Below are positions 10,342 through 19,635 of a DNA stretch of 64,000 bases, one piece after another. A program made the position numbers and the translations under genes. This DNA is from Thalassobaculaceae bacterium. Lineage in GTDB: Bacteria > Pseudomonadota > Alphaproteobacteria > Thalassobaculales > Thalassobaculaceae. Below the pieces are notes generated by a model that had not been told where the DNA came from, searched no databases, and worked only from the letters and a program-made list of their open reading frames with translations. The stretch spans positions 2,896,616-2,960,615 of the forward strand of contig OZ245843.1 of the NCBI GenBank assembly GCA_965228875.1. Direction: 5' to 3'. Within the stretch, counting starts at the first letter, position 1; each line of letters opens with the position of its first letter.

Positions 10342-10367
10342 GACGACAGGGGGAGACGACAGGGGGA
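10342..10367. repeat. 13-bp perfect tandem duplication GACGACAGGGGGA x2
   Basis: Copies at 10342-10354 and 10355-10367, just upstream of the molybdoenzyme start. Confidence 0.8.
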
Positions 10368-10444
10368 ACAGCCGCGTGAACGGCCGCGACCGTCAGCCTA
10401 GAGGAGCCCGCCGGACCGTGGAAGCCGCCGAAACGGAGCGTAAA

Positions 10445-11902
10445 TCACCCATACCCCGCCAGCATCACCGGCTGGCCGATGCCCTTGAGTTCCACGGCAC
10501 CGCGATCCTGGAAGCGGGCGTAGGTCGGCAGGTCGCGGTCGAACAGCATGGTGGAGAAGCAGGCCTCGTTGTCGCCCGCCTTGGCCGAGATCCGGGCGGC
10601 GAGCTGAACCGTCGCGCCGAAGAAGTCGTCCTCCTTCATGATCGCCTCGCCGAAATGGCCGCCGCAGCGGATCCTGTAGACCGGGGCGTCGGGGCGGTTG
10701 GCCAGGGCCTTCATCGAGTCGACCACCGCCACCGCGCAGGCGACCATGCGCTCCTTGTTGGCGAAGCTCAGCATCAGGCCGTCGCCCAGATGCTTGACCT
10801 TGCGCCCGCCGAAACGCCGGCAGAAGTCCAGGACCACCTCCTCGTGGTGGTCGATCACCGCCTGGGCGGCGGCGTCGCCGATCTTGCTGGTCATCGCGGT
10901 GCTGTCGACGATGTCGGTGAACAGGATACCGACCTTCACCGTGCCGCCGAGCCCGACCTCCAGGGTGTCGGTGATGCCGAACGCCTCCTCGAAGACGCGC
11001 TTGAGGCCGTCCAGGTCGGCCGCCTGGTAGAGCCGGAAGCATCTCGAGCCGACCCGGATCGCGTCCGGCGCGTCCTTCTCGGTGAGGTAGCGCTCCATGG
11101 TCTGCACGAAATGGCCGATGGCGTCGTGACTCTCGATGAAGAAGCGCAGCACCTGGGACACCATCGACTTGCCGCGTTCGGAGAAGATGTTGATGTCCTG
11201 CTCTATGGAGAACAGGACCCCGATGGCGAACAGGCTGATCTTGCGGGAGAACTCCAGGTCGCGCCGCGCCGCCTCCAGGGTCCCGCCGGCCCGCAGGGTC
11301 TCGAAGAACGCCTGGAATTGGCGATAGGTCGCGTCGGCGATCACCAGGTCGTCCTGCGGCGCGTCGAGTTCGTCCTCGAAGACCGGTACCTGGCCGCGCA
11401 TCCGCGTCGGCACCGCGACCGGCGGCGGAACCACCGTCGCGTCGCCGTCCTCGCCGTCGATCTGGCGGGCGCGGATCGGCACGAACAGGAAGGACAGCAG
11501 ATCGGACAGCGAGCCGCCGATCCCGAGGCGCCGCCCGGAAGGGCCGGCGGCCTTCGACGCGGCGGACCTGGCACCGCCCTGCCTGGGTGCTGGGGAAGCT
11601 ACGGCCGCGTCCGATTTCCGACCACCGGCCTTGCCGCGTGCCCTGGCCTCCGTACCGCCACGGGTTGGCAGCGGCTTCGGCGCCGGCTCCTCGAAACGCT
11701 TGAACATCAGGGTGCGACGCTTGAACGTGCCGTCGTCCCCGAGCGTCTCCTCGACCAGCTTGAGGCCGCTGCCGGGCGGATTCAGTTCGAGGCGCCGAAT
11801 CTCCGACTGCGCCTCGCCGAGTTCGCCGGGATCGAAGGACTGCAGCGTCCGCCAGCCGCCCTGCGACTGGACCTCGATCTCATAGGCGACGATCTGAGCC
11901 AT
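10445..11902 (-). CDS. class III adenylate/guanylate cyclase domain protein
   Basis: ILFTDIVDST, VKHLGDGLM, H.G....DDFFG.TVQLAARI, ELKG; unknown N-terminal domains. Confidence 0.88.
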   Translation of the reverse strand: MAQIVAYEIEVQSQGGWRTLQSFDPGELGEAQSEIRRLELNPPGSGLKLVEETLGDDGTFKRRTLMFKRFEEPAPKPLPTRGGTEARARGKAGGRKSDAAVASPAPRQGGARSAASKAAGPSGRRLGIGGSLSDLLSFLFVPIRARQIDGEDGDATVVPPPVAVPTRMRGQVPVFEDELDAPQDDLVIADATYRQFQAFFETLRAGGTLEAARRDLEFSRKISLFAIGVLFSIEQDINIFSERGKSMVSQVLRFFIESHDAIGHFVQTMERYLTEKDAPDAIRVGSRCFRLYQAADLDGLKRVFEEAFGITDTLEVGLGGTVKVGILFTDIVDSTAMTSKIGDAAAQAVIDHHEEVVLDFCRRFGGRKVKHLGDGLMLSFANKERMVACAVAVVDSMKALANRPDAPVYRIRCGGHFGEAIMKEDDFFGATVQLAARISAKAGDNEACFSTMLFDRDLPTYARFQDRGAVELKGIGQPVMLAGYG

Positions 11903-12038
11903 CGCGGCTCTCCCCCACCGGGGCCGCCCCCGACCTGATTCGGATCGGCGGAGCCGGACCCCTCACCGTGCCACCCGCGTGAACCCTCCGATAACTAGCG
12001 CCCCAGTATCTCGGATTTTGTGGGAAACACCAGACAAC

Positions 12039-12926
12039 TCAGGTGCTTTCGAACGACACCGACGCCCAGTCCTCCCACAGCTTCGCCAGCGCGGCGTAGT
12101 CCAGATCGCCCATACCCTTCGCCTCGGCGATCTCGTAGGGCGTGTGCGAGGCCAGGGTGGCGAACAGCGGCACGCCGAGGTTCTGCGCCGTCTCCAGGGC
12201 CAGCACCGAGTCCTTGCGGGCGTTGGACACCGACATGCCGGCGGAATAGTCGCCCTCGGCCATACGCTCCTGCACGCGGTGCACCAGCGGGCGCAGCAGT
12301 CCCTCCTCGCGGTTGAGGATGTCGACCATGGTCTGCACCGGCACGCCGAGCTTGGTGGACATGGCGAAGGCCTCGATCAGCACGACCATGACCGCGTGCA
12401 TGACACCATTGTTCACCACCTTGGTCCCCATGCCCGCACCGATCGGGCCAAGCTCGAAGATCCGCTCGGCCAGCAGGTCGAGGACCGGACGGGCAAGCGC
12501 GACCTCCTCCGGCGAGCCGCCGAGGAAGAAGGTGATCTTCGCCGCCGCCATGCTGGCCACGCCGCCGGCGATGGCGGCGTCGACGAACCCGACCCCCTCG
12601 GCCTGGCACCGCTTGTGACAGGCGATGGCGGTCGCCGGGGTGACGGTGCTGGTCTCGATGACGATGGTCGGGCGGTGGCCGGCGGCGAGGATCTCCTCCA
12701 CAACGGCGATCGAGGCCTCGGGCTTGGGCAGGGAGAGAATGACCCGATCGGCGCGCGCGGCGACATCGGCGGCGCTGTCGGCCAGGGTCACGCCGATCCC
12801 GGCGGCGGTTGTCCGGCGGTCCGCGCTCAGGTCGAAGCCGATCACGGTCTCGCCCTTGCCCACCAGCGCCTTGCAGACGGACGCCCCGGCGTTGCCGAGC
12901 CCGATGATGCCGATCGGTGTGCTCAT
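12039..12926 (-). CDS. NAD(P)-dependent beta-hydroxyacid dehydrogenase (3-hydroxyisobutyrate DH family)
   Basis: GIIGLGNAG, FVDAAIAGG, G.G..TKVVNN, KD..LA. Confidence 0.88.
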   Translation of the reverse strand: MSTPIGIIGLGNAGASVCKALVGKGETVIGFDLSADRRTTAAGIGVTLADSAADVAARADRVILSLPKPEASIAVVEEILAAGHRPTIVIETSTVTPATAIACHKRCQAEGVGFVDAAIAGGVASMAAAKITFFLGGSPEEVALARPVLDLLAERIFELGPIGAGMGTKVVNNGVMHAVMVVLIEAFAMSTKLGVPVQTMVDILNREEGLLRPLVHRVQERMAEGDYSAGMSVSNARKDSVLALETAQNLGVPLFATLASHTPYEIAEAKGMGDLDYAALAKLWEDWASVSFEST

Positions 12927-12949
12927 TTCTCTTTTCCCCTTGGTTGCGG

Positions 12950-13720
12950 TCAGCTTCGGTAGTCGCTGCCCATGCGGTCCAGCTTGCGTTTCCACGCCGC
13001 CAGTTCGAGTTCGCCGTAGCCGCCGAAGCGGGTGCCGACGGGCTTCTGGGCGCGGGTATGGGCGACGATGTCCGGCGCGATCGGCAGCAGTTCCGCCTGC
13101 CCGCCGGCCTGGGCGAGAACCTGCACACGGCAGGCCCGTTCCAGATTGTACATGTGGAAGAACGCCTCGGCGACGGTCTCTCCGACGGTGAGCGTGCCGT
13201 GATTGCGCAGGATCATCGCCTTGGCCGCGCCGAGATCGGCGACCAGGCGCGGCTTCTCCGCGTCGTCGAAGGCCAGCCCCTCGTAGGCGTGGTAGGCCAC
13301 GCCACCCGGCAGGAACATGCCGAACTGGGAGGCGTCGACCAGCCCCTCCTTCTGACAGGAGACCGCGACGCCGCTGTCGGTATGCAGGTGGATGACGCAA
13401 TGGGCGTCCGCCACCGCCTCGTGGACGGCGCCGTGAATTACGAAGCCGGCGTAGTTGATCGGGTGGTCGCTGTCCTCGACGATGTTTCCCGCCAGGTCGA
13501 TCTTCACCAGGTTGGACGCCGTCACCTCCTCGTACATCAGCCCGAACGGGTTGATGAGGAAATGGTCGTCCTCGCCCGGCACCCGGGCCGAGATGTGGGT
13601 GTAGATCAGGTCGTCCATGCCCCGTTCGGCAAAGATCCGATAGACGGCGGCGAGATCCTCGCGCACCTGCTGTTCCTCGACGGACCGGCGCTTGGTGGCC
13701 GGCATGGAGGTGATGCTCAT
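12950..13720 (-). CDS. class II aldolase/adducin family protein
   Basis: THISARVPG, FLINPFG, GFVIHG.VH, HLHT, LRNHG. Confidence 0.9.
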   Translation of the reverse strand: MSITSMPATKRRSVEEQQVREDLAAVYRIFAERGMDDLIYTHISARVPGEDDHFLINPFGLMYEEVTASNLVKIDLAGNIVEDSDHPINYAGFVIHGAVHEAVADAHCVIHLHTDSGVAVSCQKEGLVDASQFGMFLPGGVAYHAYEGLAFDDAEKPRLVADLGAAKAMILRNHGTLTVGETVAEAFFHMYNLERACRVQVLAQAGGQAELLPIAPDIVAHTRAQKPVGTRFGGYGELELAAWKRKLDRMGSDYRS

Positions 13721-13734
13721 CCCGCGATCCTCCC

Positions 13735-14145
13735 TCAGTTTCCGGTGAATTCGGTGATGTCGGCCTTTTCCTCGGGCGGGAAGTCGATGTGGATGTGGTT
13801 GCCGTCGGCGTCGAAGATGTTCACCTGGGTGTGGCCGAACCCGTCGCCCGGCAGCACCCCGCACTTGTAGGGCACGTTTTCGGCGCGCAGGTGGGCCAGG
13901 AACGTCTCGAGACCGGTCGCCCGCAGGGCGTAGTGTTCGAGTTGCTGGTCGCCGCGGTAATCGGCGGTCGCGTCGGTGCCGACGATGTGGACCACGGCGT
14001 CCTCGCCGGAATACATCCAGGCTCCGCCGAACGGGAAATCGGGGCGTTTGCCCACCTTCAGGTCCAGCACGCGCTCGTAGAATTCCACCAGACGGGGTAC
14101 GTCGGTCGTCCGGAGATTGACATGGTCGAGTCTTCCGATTGGCAT
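13735..14145 (-). CDS. VOC/glyoxalase family protein
   Basis: LDHVNL, FY..VL.L, GAW, EHYAL, DADGN; RBS GGAGGA. Confidence 0.88.
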   Translation of the reverse strand: MPIGRLDHVNLRTTDVPRLVEFYERVLDLKVGKRPDFPFGGAWMYSGEDAVVHIVGTDATADYRGDQQLEHYALRATGLETFLAHLRAENVPYKCGVLPGDGFGHTQVNIFDADGNHIHIDFPPEEKADITEFTGN

Positions 14146-14201
14146 GGTGTCCTCCCGCATTCGTTTTTCCGCAGCATAGCCCCGGGTCACCAGCCGACGC
14201 C

Positions 14202-15383
14202 ATGACCGACCGTCTCTCCAATACCGATCTGCGCCGCCTGTTCATCCACCAGCATGAACTGTCCGGCTCACCCGGCGGCCCGCTGACCCGCGACGGTCTG
14301 GACGGGCTGATCGACCGGCTCGGGTTCGTTCAGGTCGACACGATCTCGACCCTGGAACAGGCGCATCACCACATCCTGTTCACCCGGGCCAACGGCTACC
14401 GGAAGTCGCTGCTCAAGCACCTGCTGGAGAAGCGCCGCTCGCTGTTCGAGCACTGGACCCACGACGCCTCGATCATTCCGACCCGGTTCTATCCGTTCTG
14501 GAAGCCGCGCTTCGGGCGCTACAAGGCGCGCATGGACGCGGCGCCGCATTGGGACCAGCGCTTCGCCGGGCGGCGCGACAGCGTACTTGACGAGATGCGC
14601 CGGCGGGTCGAGAGCGAAGGCCCCCTCACCTCGCGCGACGTGACCGCCGACGACACCGAGGAGCGGGGGACCTGGTGGGGCTGGACCCCGTCGAAGACGG
14701 CGCTCGAATACCTGTGGCGTTCGGGGGAGTTCGCGGTCGCCGGCCGGCGCGGCTTCGCCAAGGTCTACGACCTGTCCCACCGGGTGATCCCGGCGGAACA
14801 CCACGACCCGGACCCGGACCACGACGCCTTCGTCGACTGGTGCGGGCGCGAGGCGATCTCCCGCCTCGCCGTCGCCACCCATGGCGAGATCGCCCGGTTC
14901 TTCGACTCGATCTCCCCGGCCGAGGCCCAGGCCTGGTGCGAGAGCGCCGGGGACGTCGTGCTGCGCCGGATCGAGATCGAGCAGGCGGACGGGTCGGTGC
15001 GCGAGGTCTGGGCCCGCCCGGACGTGCTGGAGCTGGCGAAAGAGGCGCCGGAGCCGCCGGCGCGGGTCCGCTTCCTTTCCCCCTTCGACCCGATGATCCG
15101 CGAGCGCGAGCGCACCCAGCGCCTGTTCGGCTTCGACTACCGGTTCGAGGCCTTCGTGCCGGCGAAGAAGCGGGTCTACGGCTACTACGTCCTGCCGATG
15201 CTCGAGCGCGACCGCCTGGTCGGCCGCATCGAACTCAAGGCCCACCGCGACCGCGGCGACCTCGAGGTGCGCGGCCTGTGGATGGAGCCGGGCGTGCGGG
15301 CGTCCAAGGCCCGCGACGCGAAGATCGAGGCGGAGATCGAGCGGTGGCGGGCGTTTACGGGGATGGAGCGGGTGGTTCGGTAG
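14202..15383 (+). CDS. YcaQ-like winged-helix DNA glycosylase (HTH_42)
   Basis: GFVQVD (QxD motif), LFEHWTHDAS, LSPFDP, FDYRFE.FVP..KR.YGYYVLP. Confidence 0.88.
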   Translation: MTDRLSNTDLRRLFIHQHELSGSPGGPLTRDGLDGLIDRLGFVQVDTISTLEQAHHHILFTRANGYRKSLLKHLLEKRRSLFEHWTHDASIIPTRFYPFWKPRFGRYKARMDAAPHWDQRFAGRRDSVLDEMRRRVESEGPLTSRDVTADDTEERGTWWGWTPSKTALEYLWRSGEFAVAGRRGFAKVYDLSHRVIPAEHHDPDPDHDAFVDWCGREAISRLAVATHGEIARFFDSISPAEAQAWCESAGDVVLRRIEIEQADGSVREVWARPDVLELAKEAPEPPARVRFLSPFDPMIRERERTQRLFGFDYRFEAFVPAKKRVYGYYVLPMLERDRLVGRIELKAHRDRGDLEVRGLWMEPGVRASKARDAKIEAEIERWRAFTGMERVVR

Positions 15384-15410
15384 GCCGCCGTTCCCGCCCT
15401 TCCGTGACCG

Positions 15411-16376
15411 TTACCCCACCAGATCCCGCTGCACCACACCCGTCAGACATCCGATGGCGCCGGCCGCCTTGACCAGTTCGGAGCCGTCGATGGTCACGCA
15501 CTCGATCCCGGCCTTCTCGTAGACCGCCTGCACCGTGTCGTAGCCCGCCAGCATCAGGATCTTGCGCGGGCCGAGGGTGACGATGTTCAGCGCCCGGTTC
15601 AGGGTGCCATCGCTCTCGCCGTCCGGCAGCCAGAGGATCTCGTAGCCGCGCTCCTCCAGCGCCCGCACGGCGGAGAACGGGGTGCGCCGGGGCCAGCAGA
15701 TCGCCAGGTCGCGGTCGACGATGCGCAGCATACCCATGAAGTGCATGGTGCCGAACGGCATGTCGACGGCCAGGGTCTCGACGCCGATCTCCTCCATCGA
15801 CGCGGCGATCTGGGCGGCGGCGTCCTCGTTGGTGCGCAGGCCGAGGCCGACCATCACCGTCTCCGGGTCGAGCCACATCAGGTCGGCGCCCTCGAACACG
15901 GCGTTGCCGGTCAGGGTGCGCAGGATCGGCACGCCGGCATCGGCCAGTCGACGGGCGATCCAGCGCTCCTCCCCCGCCCGCACGGTCGAGGCCGGTCGGG
16001 CCAGGATCGCGCCCTCCGGCGTCATGACGAACAGGTCGGCGCAGAACATCTGGTTCGGGGTCGGCTGGCCCGCCGGGTCGACATAGTGGACCTCGACCCC
16101 GTTGGATCGATAGGCCTCGGCCATGGCGTCGTGCTGCTCGCCGGCGCGGCCGAGATCCAGCGGCTCCAGCATCTGCACCGCGTTCGGATCCTCAAGCGCC
16201 GCCGCCAGCTCGCCGCCGGGGCGGTGCAGCAGGACCGAGCGCAGGGTGCCGAACTCGCTGTCGATGCCGCTCGCCGCCCAGAGGTCGCCGATCTCCTGAC
16301 GGTGGGTTCGGATGCGCCCCTGCCAGCCGGGTCCGCCGTAAGCCGCCGAGTTGAAGGTGTTGCCGGTCTTGTCCAC
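15411..16376 (-). CDS. amidinotransferase / dimethylarginine dimethylaminohydrolase family
   Basis: SEFG.LR.VLLH.P, R.GEE, FEGAD, RTN, G.IGCLT catalytic Cys; GTG start with GGAGGA. Confidence 0.85.
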   Translation of the reverse strand: MDKTGNTFNSAAYGGPGWQGRIRTHRQEIGDLWAASGIDSEFGTLRSVLLHRPGGELAAALEDPNAVQMLEPLDLGRAGEQHDAMAEAYRSNGVEVHYVDPAGQPTPNQMFCADLFVMTPEGAILARPASTVRAGEERWIARRLADAGVPILRTLTGNAVFEGADLMWLDPETVMVGLGLRTNEDAAAQIAASMEEIGVETLAVDMPFGTMHFMGMLRIVDRDLAICWPRRTPFSAVRALEERGYEILWLPDGESDGTLNRALNIVTLGPRKILMLAGYDTVQAVYEKAGIECVTIDGSELVKAAGAIGCLTGVVQRDLVG

Positions 16377-16454
16377 TGGTATCCTCCGCGGTCGGAATGC
16401 GTCGGGAGGATCGGCGCCCGGTCGCCGATTGTCAAAGGGCGGAATCGCGCAGGC

Positions 16455-17090
16455 TCAGCCTGCAGCAATCGACCGGCGAACCGTCGTGACGTCAATGCCA
16501 GCGTCCGTCATCTTCGCCTCGCCATCGGCCTCCACCATGCAGGCCAGGTCGGCAAGGAACGGGTCGTGGTGGCAGGGGCCGCCGAGACGGTTGAACACCA
16601 TCGGATACTCCACCGGTTCCCAGGTCTCGGTCGGGGCGAGGTTGTGCTGGATCTGCACCTCCAACCGGTCAAGGGCATGAACCAGGCGCGCCTCGGACGT
16701 GGTTCCGGCCTCCAGTTCCAGGAACAGGGCGTAGACGTGGCGGCCGGTATCGACGTCGAGCATGTCGCGGATCCGCCTGGCCGCCTCGGCCTCGCGCCGG
16801 CGCTTGGCGTCCTGGCGGGCGCTGACCTCGAAGGCCGGGATATCGCCGGTCACCGCCTCGCTCAGGTCGTGCACCACGATCATCTCGAGAACCCGCAGCA
16901 GGTCGACCGGCCGCCGGAGTTGCGGCGCGATGAGGATCGCCATCAGGGCCATCTGCCAGGAATGCTCGGCGACGCTTTCCCGACGGCCGTCAGACAGCCA
17001 GGAATGGCGCAGCTCGCGCTTGATCCGCTCGCTGAAGCCGAGGAAGTCGATGATGGTGCGGGCTGAACTGCCGGGCGCCCGGTCGGTCAT
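16455..17090 (-). CDS. HD-domain phosphohydrolase (HD_3, YfbR/HDDC2-like)
   Basis: ESVAEHSW, VHDLSE..TGDIP, EARLV.ALDRLE. Confidence 0.88.
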   Translation of the reverse strand: MTDRAPGSSARTIIDFLGFSERIKRELRHSWLSDGRRESVAEHSWQMALMAILIAPQLRRPVDLLRVLEMIVVHDLSEAVTGDIPAFEVSARQDAKRRREAEAARRIRDMLDVDTGRHVYALFLELEAGTTSEARLVHALDRLEVQIQHNLAPTETWEPVEYPMVFNRLGGPCHHDPFLADLACMVEADGEAKMTDAGIDVTTVRRSIAAG

Positions 17091-17159
17091 GCCGGCCTCC
17101 GTCGCAATCACGGTGACGGCGAACGCTACCGGTGGGGCGGGGGCGCCATCCACGTATAT

Positions 17160-17190
17160 GTTATGCGGACGCGTAAGTTATGCGGACGCG
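17160..17190. promoter_or_regulatory. candidate operator: 14-bp direct repeat GTTATGCGGACGCG x2
   Basis: Copies at 17160-17173 and 17177-17190; 17161-17176 is also an imperfect palindrome TTATGCG-GA-CGCGTAA; between XRE gene end and HD gene start. Confidence 0.5.
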
Positions 17191-17783
17191 GTGGGGCCGG
17201 CGGTGAGGTCGGTGAATCCGGCAAGAACGCTCGGCGGCATGGCCTCGCGCGTCAGGGTCGTCGCCAGACGCACGGGGTTGCCGTCGTTCAGGGTCAGACG
17301 TTCCCACAGGCAATAGCCCTGCTGGATCCGGATCGGCGTGCCGGACGGCCCCGCCTCGGTCCAGAAATAGGCGCCGGGCACCCTGCCGGCGAACCAGCCG
17401 CATGCGTCCAGCCGCGACTCCGCCGCACGGATCTCCTCGGTGGCGAAGCGGAACAGCGAACGCCCCTCCCAGGTGCCGGCGCTGGTATGCCACTCGGCCT
17501 CGCGGGCCGGCGACGCGGCAAGCAGGCGGTGGGTGATGTCGCAGACCAGGTGCACCCGCAGCGGAGACGTCTCCACCAGCCGGCGCAGACCGTGATCCGC
17601 CCCGAGTGTGCCGGTGCTGCGCAACAGCCGCATCAGCCGGCGGCGCTGATCGTCGCTCGGCTCAAGCGTCCCGTTTTCCCAGCGCGATACGGTCGCCTGG
17701 GTCACGCCGACGAGGTCGCCGACGGCCTGCTGTTTGAGACGTCGCACCGTACGGATACGCCGCAGGACGGGACCGAAGTTCAT
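17178..17783 (-). CDS. XRE-family transcriptional regulator with C-terminal PAS/MmyB-like domain
   Basis: LKQQAVGDLVGVTQATVSRWENG..EP HTH; C-terminal RLLAASPA..W..GRSL PAS-like segment. Confidence 0.85.
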   Translation of the reverse strand: MNFGPVLRRIRTVRRLKQQAVGDLVGVTQATVSRWENGTLEPSDDQRRRLMRLLRSTGTLGADHGLRRLVETSPLRVHLVCDITHRLLAASPAREAEWHTSAGTWEGRSLFRFATEEIRAAESRLDACGWFAGRVPGAYFWTEAGPSGTPIRIQQGYCLWERLTLNDGNPVRLATTLTREAMPPSVLAGFTDLTAGPTASA

Positions 17784-17870
17784 GCGCCTGTCCCCCAAGC
17801 CGAAGACCGCCCCCAAGCCGAAGGTTGCCCGCCATGGTCGGCGGTCCGCCGCCCGGCCGCAAGCGGCAGG

Positions 17871-18395
17871 TCAGCCGATGGCCACCGCGTGCATTCCGAC
17901 CAGAACGCCGCCCACCCTGCCGGATTCCAGGGTCAGCGGCAGGTCGAGGCGCTCGAACCCGTAGACCGCGCCCTTGAGGGTCCGCCGGTAGCGCGAGGCG
18001 AGCGGCATGGCCGTCCTCGTCACGGCGTCACAGTTGGTCCGGAACATCCGGCGGTAATCCGGATCGGGCAGCGCCGTCAGCGGCTGGCCGGTGATATCGA
18101 GCGCCACCAGCCCGGCGATCCGCGCGCCGACCCGACGGACGATGCACTCGCCCCCCGGCACCGGACGATCGAGCAGCAGCATCCACTCGGCAAGGTCCGG
18201 CGCTTCTGCCAGGTCCAGGTCCGCCATGGCCGGGCAGCGGCGGAAGCCTCGGATCTCGTTCCAGAACTCCAGCACATCGCGCATCTTGTCGCTGCGCAAC
18301 CAGGCGCGGACGCCGGCGATACTGAAATCGGGGGCGTACTCGATCGAGTTCGCGTCCAGATCCGGATAGAGGAAGGCGGAGTCGCTGAGCGCCAT
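17871..18395 (-). CDS. PAS-domain protein (PAS_5/DUF1457-like)
   Basis: FW..IRG...P...LD, RRVG..I.....DITG..L, FERLDLPL. Confidence 0.8.
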   Translation of the reverse strand: MALSDSAFLYPDLDANSIEYAPDFSIAGVRAWLRSDKMRDVLEFWNEIRGFRRCPAMADLDLAEAPDLAEWMLLLDRPVPGGECIVRRVGARIAGLVALDITGQPLTALPDPDYRRMFRTNCDAVTRTAMPLASRYRRTLKGAVYGFERLDLPLTLESGRVGGVLVGMHAVAIG

Positions 18396-18449
18396 GGATG
18401 GTCCCATGATGACGGGTCGGCGCAAATCGTAAGACAGATTTCCCCAGCG

Positions 18450-19631
18450 TCAATGCGACTTCGTGATGTTTCGCACACTCATCAGGACGTCCTCGGTATG
18501 TTCCCCGAGTTCCGGCGGCGGCTGGCGCAGGACGGCCGGGGTGTCCGACAGCTTCACCGGGAAGCCGGTCATGCGGATCGGCGCCCGGCCCTCGCGCTGC
18601 GACTGAAGCACCATGTCCTGGGCCAGCACCTGCGGGTCGGAGAAGACCTCGTCCAGCCCCATCACCCGTCCGGCGGGACAACCGGCCTTGTTGATCGCGT
18701 CGATCCAGTGATCGACCGGCCGGGTGCGGGTCACTGCGTTTACGCGGGCGTTCAGCGCGTCGCGGTTGGCCATGCGGTCGGCATTGGTGGCGAACGCCGG
18801 TTCCGCGAGCAGCCCCTCCAGCCCGAGCACCTTGAGGAAACGCTCGACATAGGTGTCGTTGGACGGCGCCACCGCGATCTCGCCGTCGGATGCCTCGAAC
18901 AGACCGTACGGTGCGACGATCGGATGGTTGTTGCCGGTGCGGGTGGGGTTCTGGCCGGTGGCGAAGTATTCGGCCGACAGGTAGGCCATCATCGAGATCA
19001 GCCCGCCCGTCAGGCTCGACTCCACCTGCTGGCCGCGGCCGGTCGCGTGCCGGGCCTGGAGGGCGGTGACCACGCCGAAGGCGCAGTACAGGCCGGCGAT
19101 CAGGTCGGAAACCGGCGGCGCGGCGCGGCGCGGCGGTCCGTCGGGGTCGCCGTTGACCGCCATGAACCCGCTCATCGCCTGGGCGATGAAGTCGAAGGCG
19201 GGACGGTCGACATAGGGTCCTGTCGAGCCGTAGCCGTTGACGCTGGCGCAGATCAGCCGCGGATTGATCTCGGCAAGGCGCTCGGGGCCGAATCCCATCT
19301 TCGCGAACACGCCGGGTCGGTAGTTCTCCACCACCACATCTGCCGTCTCCAGCAGCGCGGTGAGGTCGGCCTTGCCCTGGTCGGTGTACAGATCGAGCAC
19401 CACCGACTTCTTGTTTCGATTGAACTGGGCGAAATACCAGCTGTAGCCCTCGACCATCGCGCCCTGGCGGCGCACCGGATCGCCGGCTGGCGGCTCCACC
19501 TTGATGACCTCCGCCCCCATGTCGGCGAGCAAGAGGGTGCAGAACGGCCCCGCCAGAATGCGGGTCAGATCGACAACGCGGATCCCGTCGAGCGCCCCCG
19601 AGGGAGCGCCCGTAATGTCACTCTCCGACAC
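18450..19631 (-). CDS. CaiB/BaiF class III CoA-transferase
   Basis: LDGIRVVDLTRILAGPF, FNRNKKS, ENYRPG, PPPELGEHT. Confidence 0.95.
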   Translation of the reverse strand: MSESDITGAPSGALDGIRVVDLTRILAGPFCTLLLADMGAEVIKVEPPAGDPVRRQGAMVEGYSWYFAQFNRNKKSVVLDLYTDQGKADLTALLETADVVVENYRPGVFAKMGFGPERLAEINPRLICASVNGYGSTGPYVDRPAFDFIAQAMSGFMAVNGDPDGPPRRAAPPVSDLIAGLYCAFGVVTALQARHATGRGQQVESSLTGGLISMMAYLSAEYFATGQNPTRTGNNHPIVAPYGLFEASDGEIAVAPSNDTYVERFLKVLGLEGLLAEPAFATNADRMANRDALNARVNAVTRTRPVDHWIDAINKAGCPAGRVMGLDEVFSDPQVLAQDMVLQSQREGRAPIRMTGFPVKLSDTPAVLRQPPPELGEHTEDVLMSVRNITKSH

Positions 19632-19635
19632 TGAC

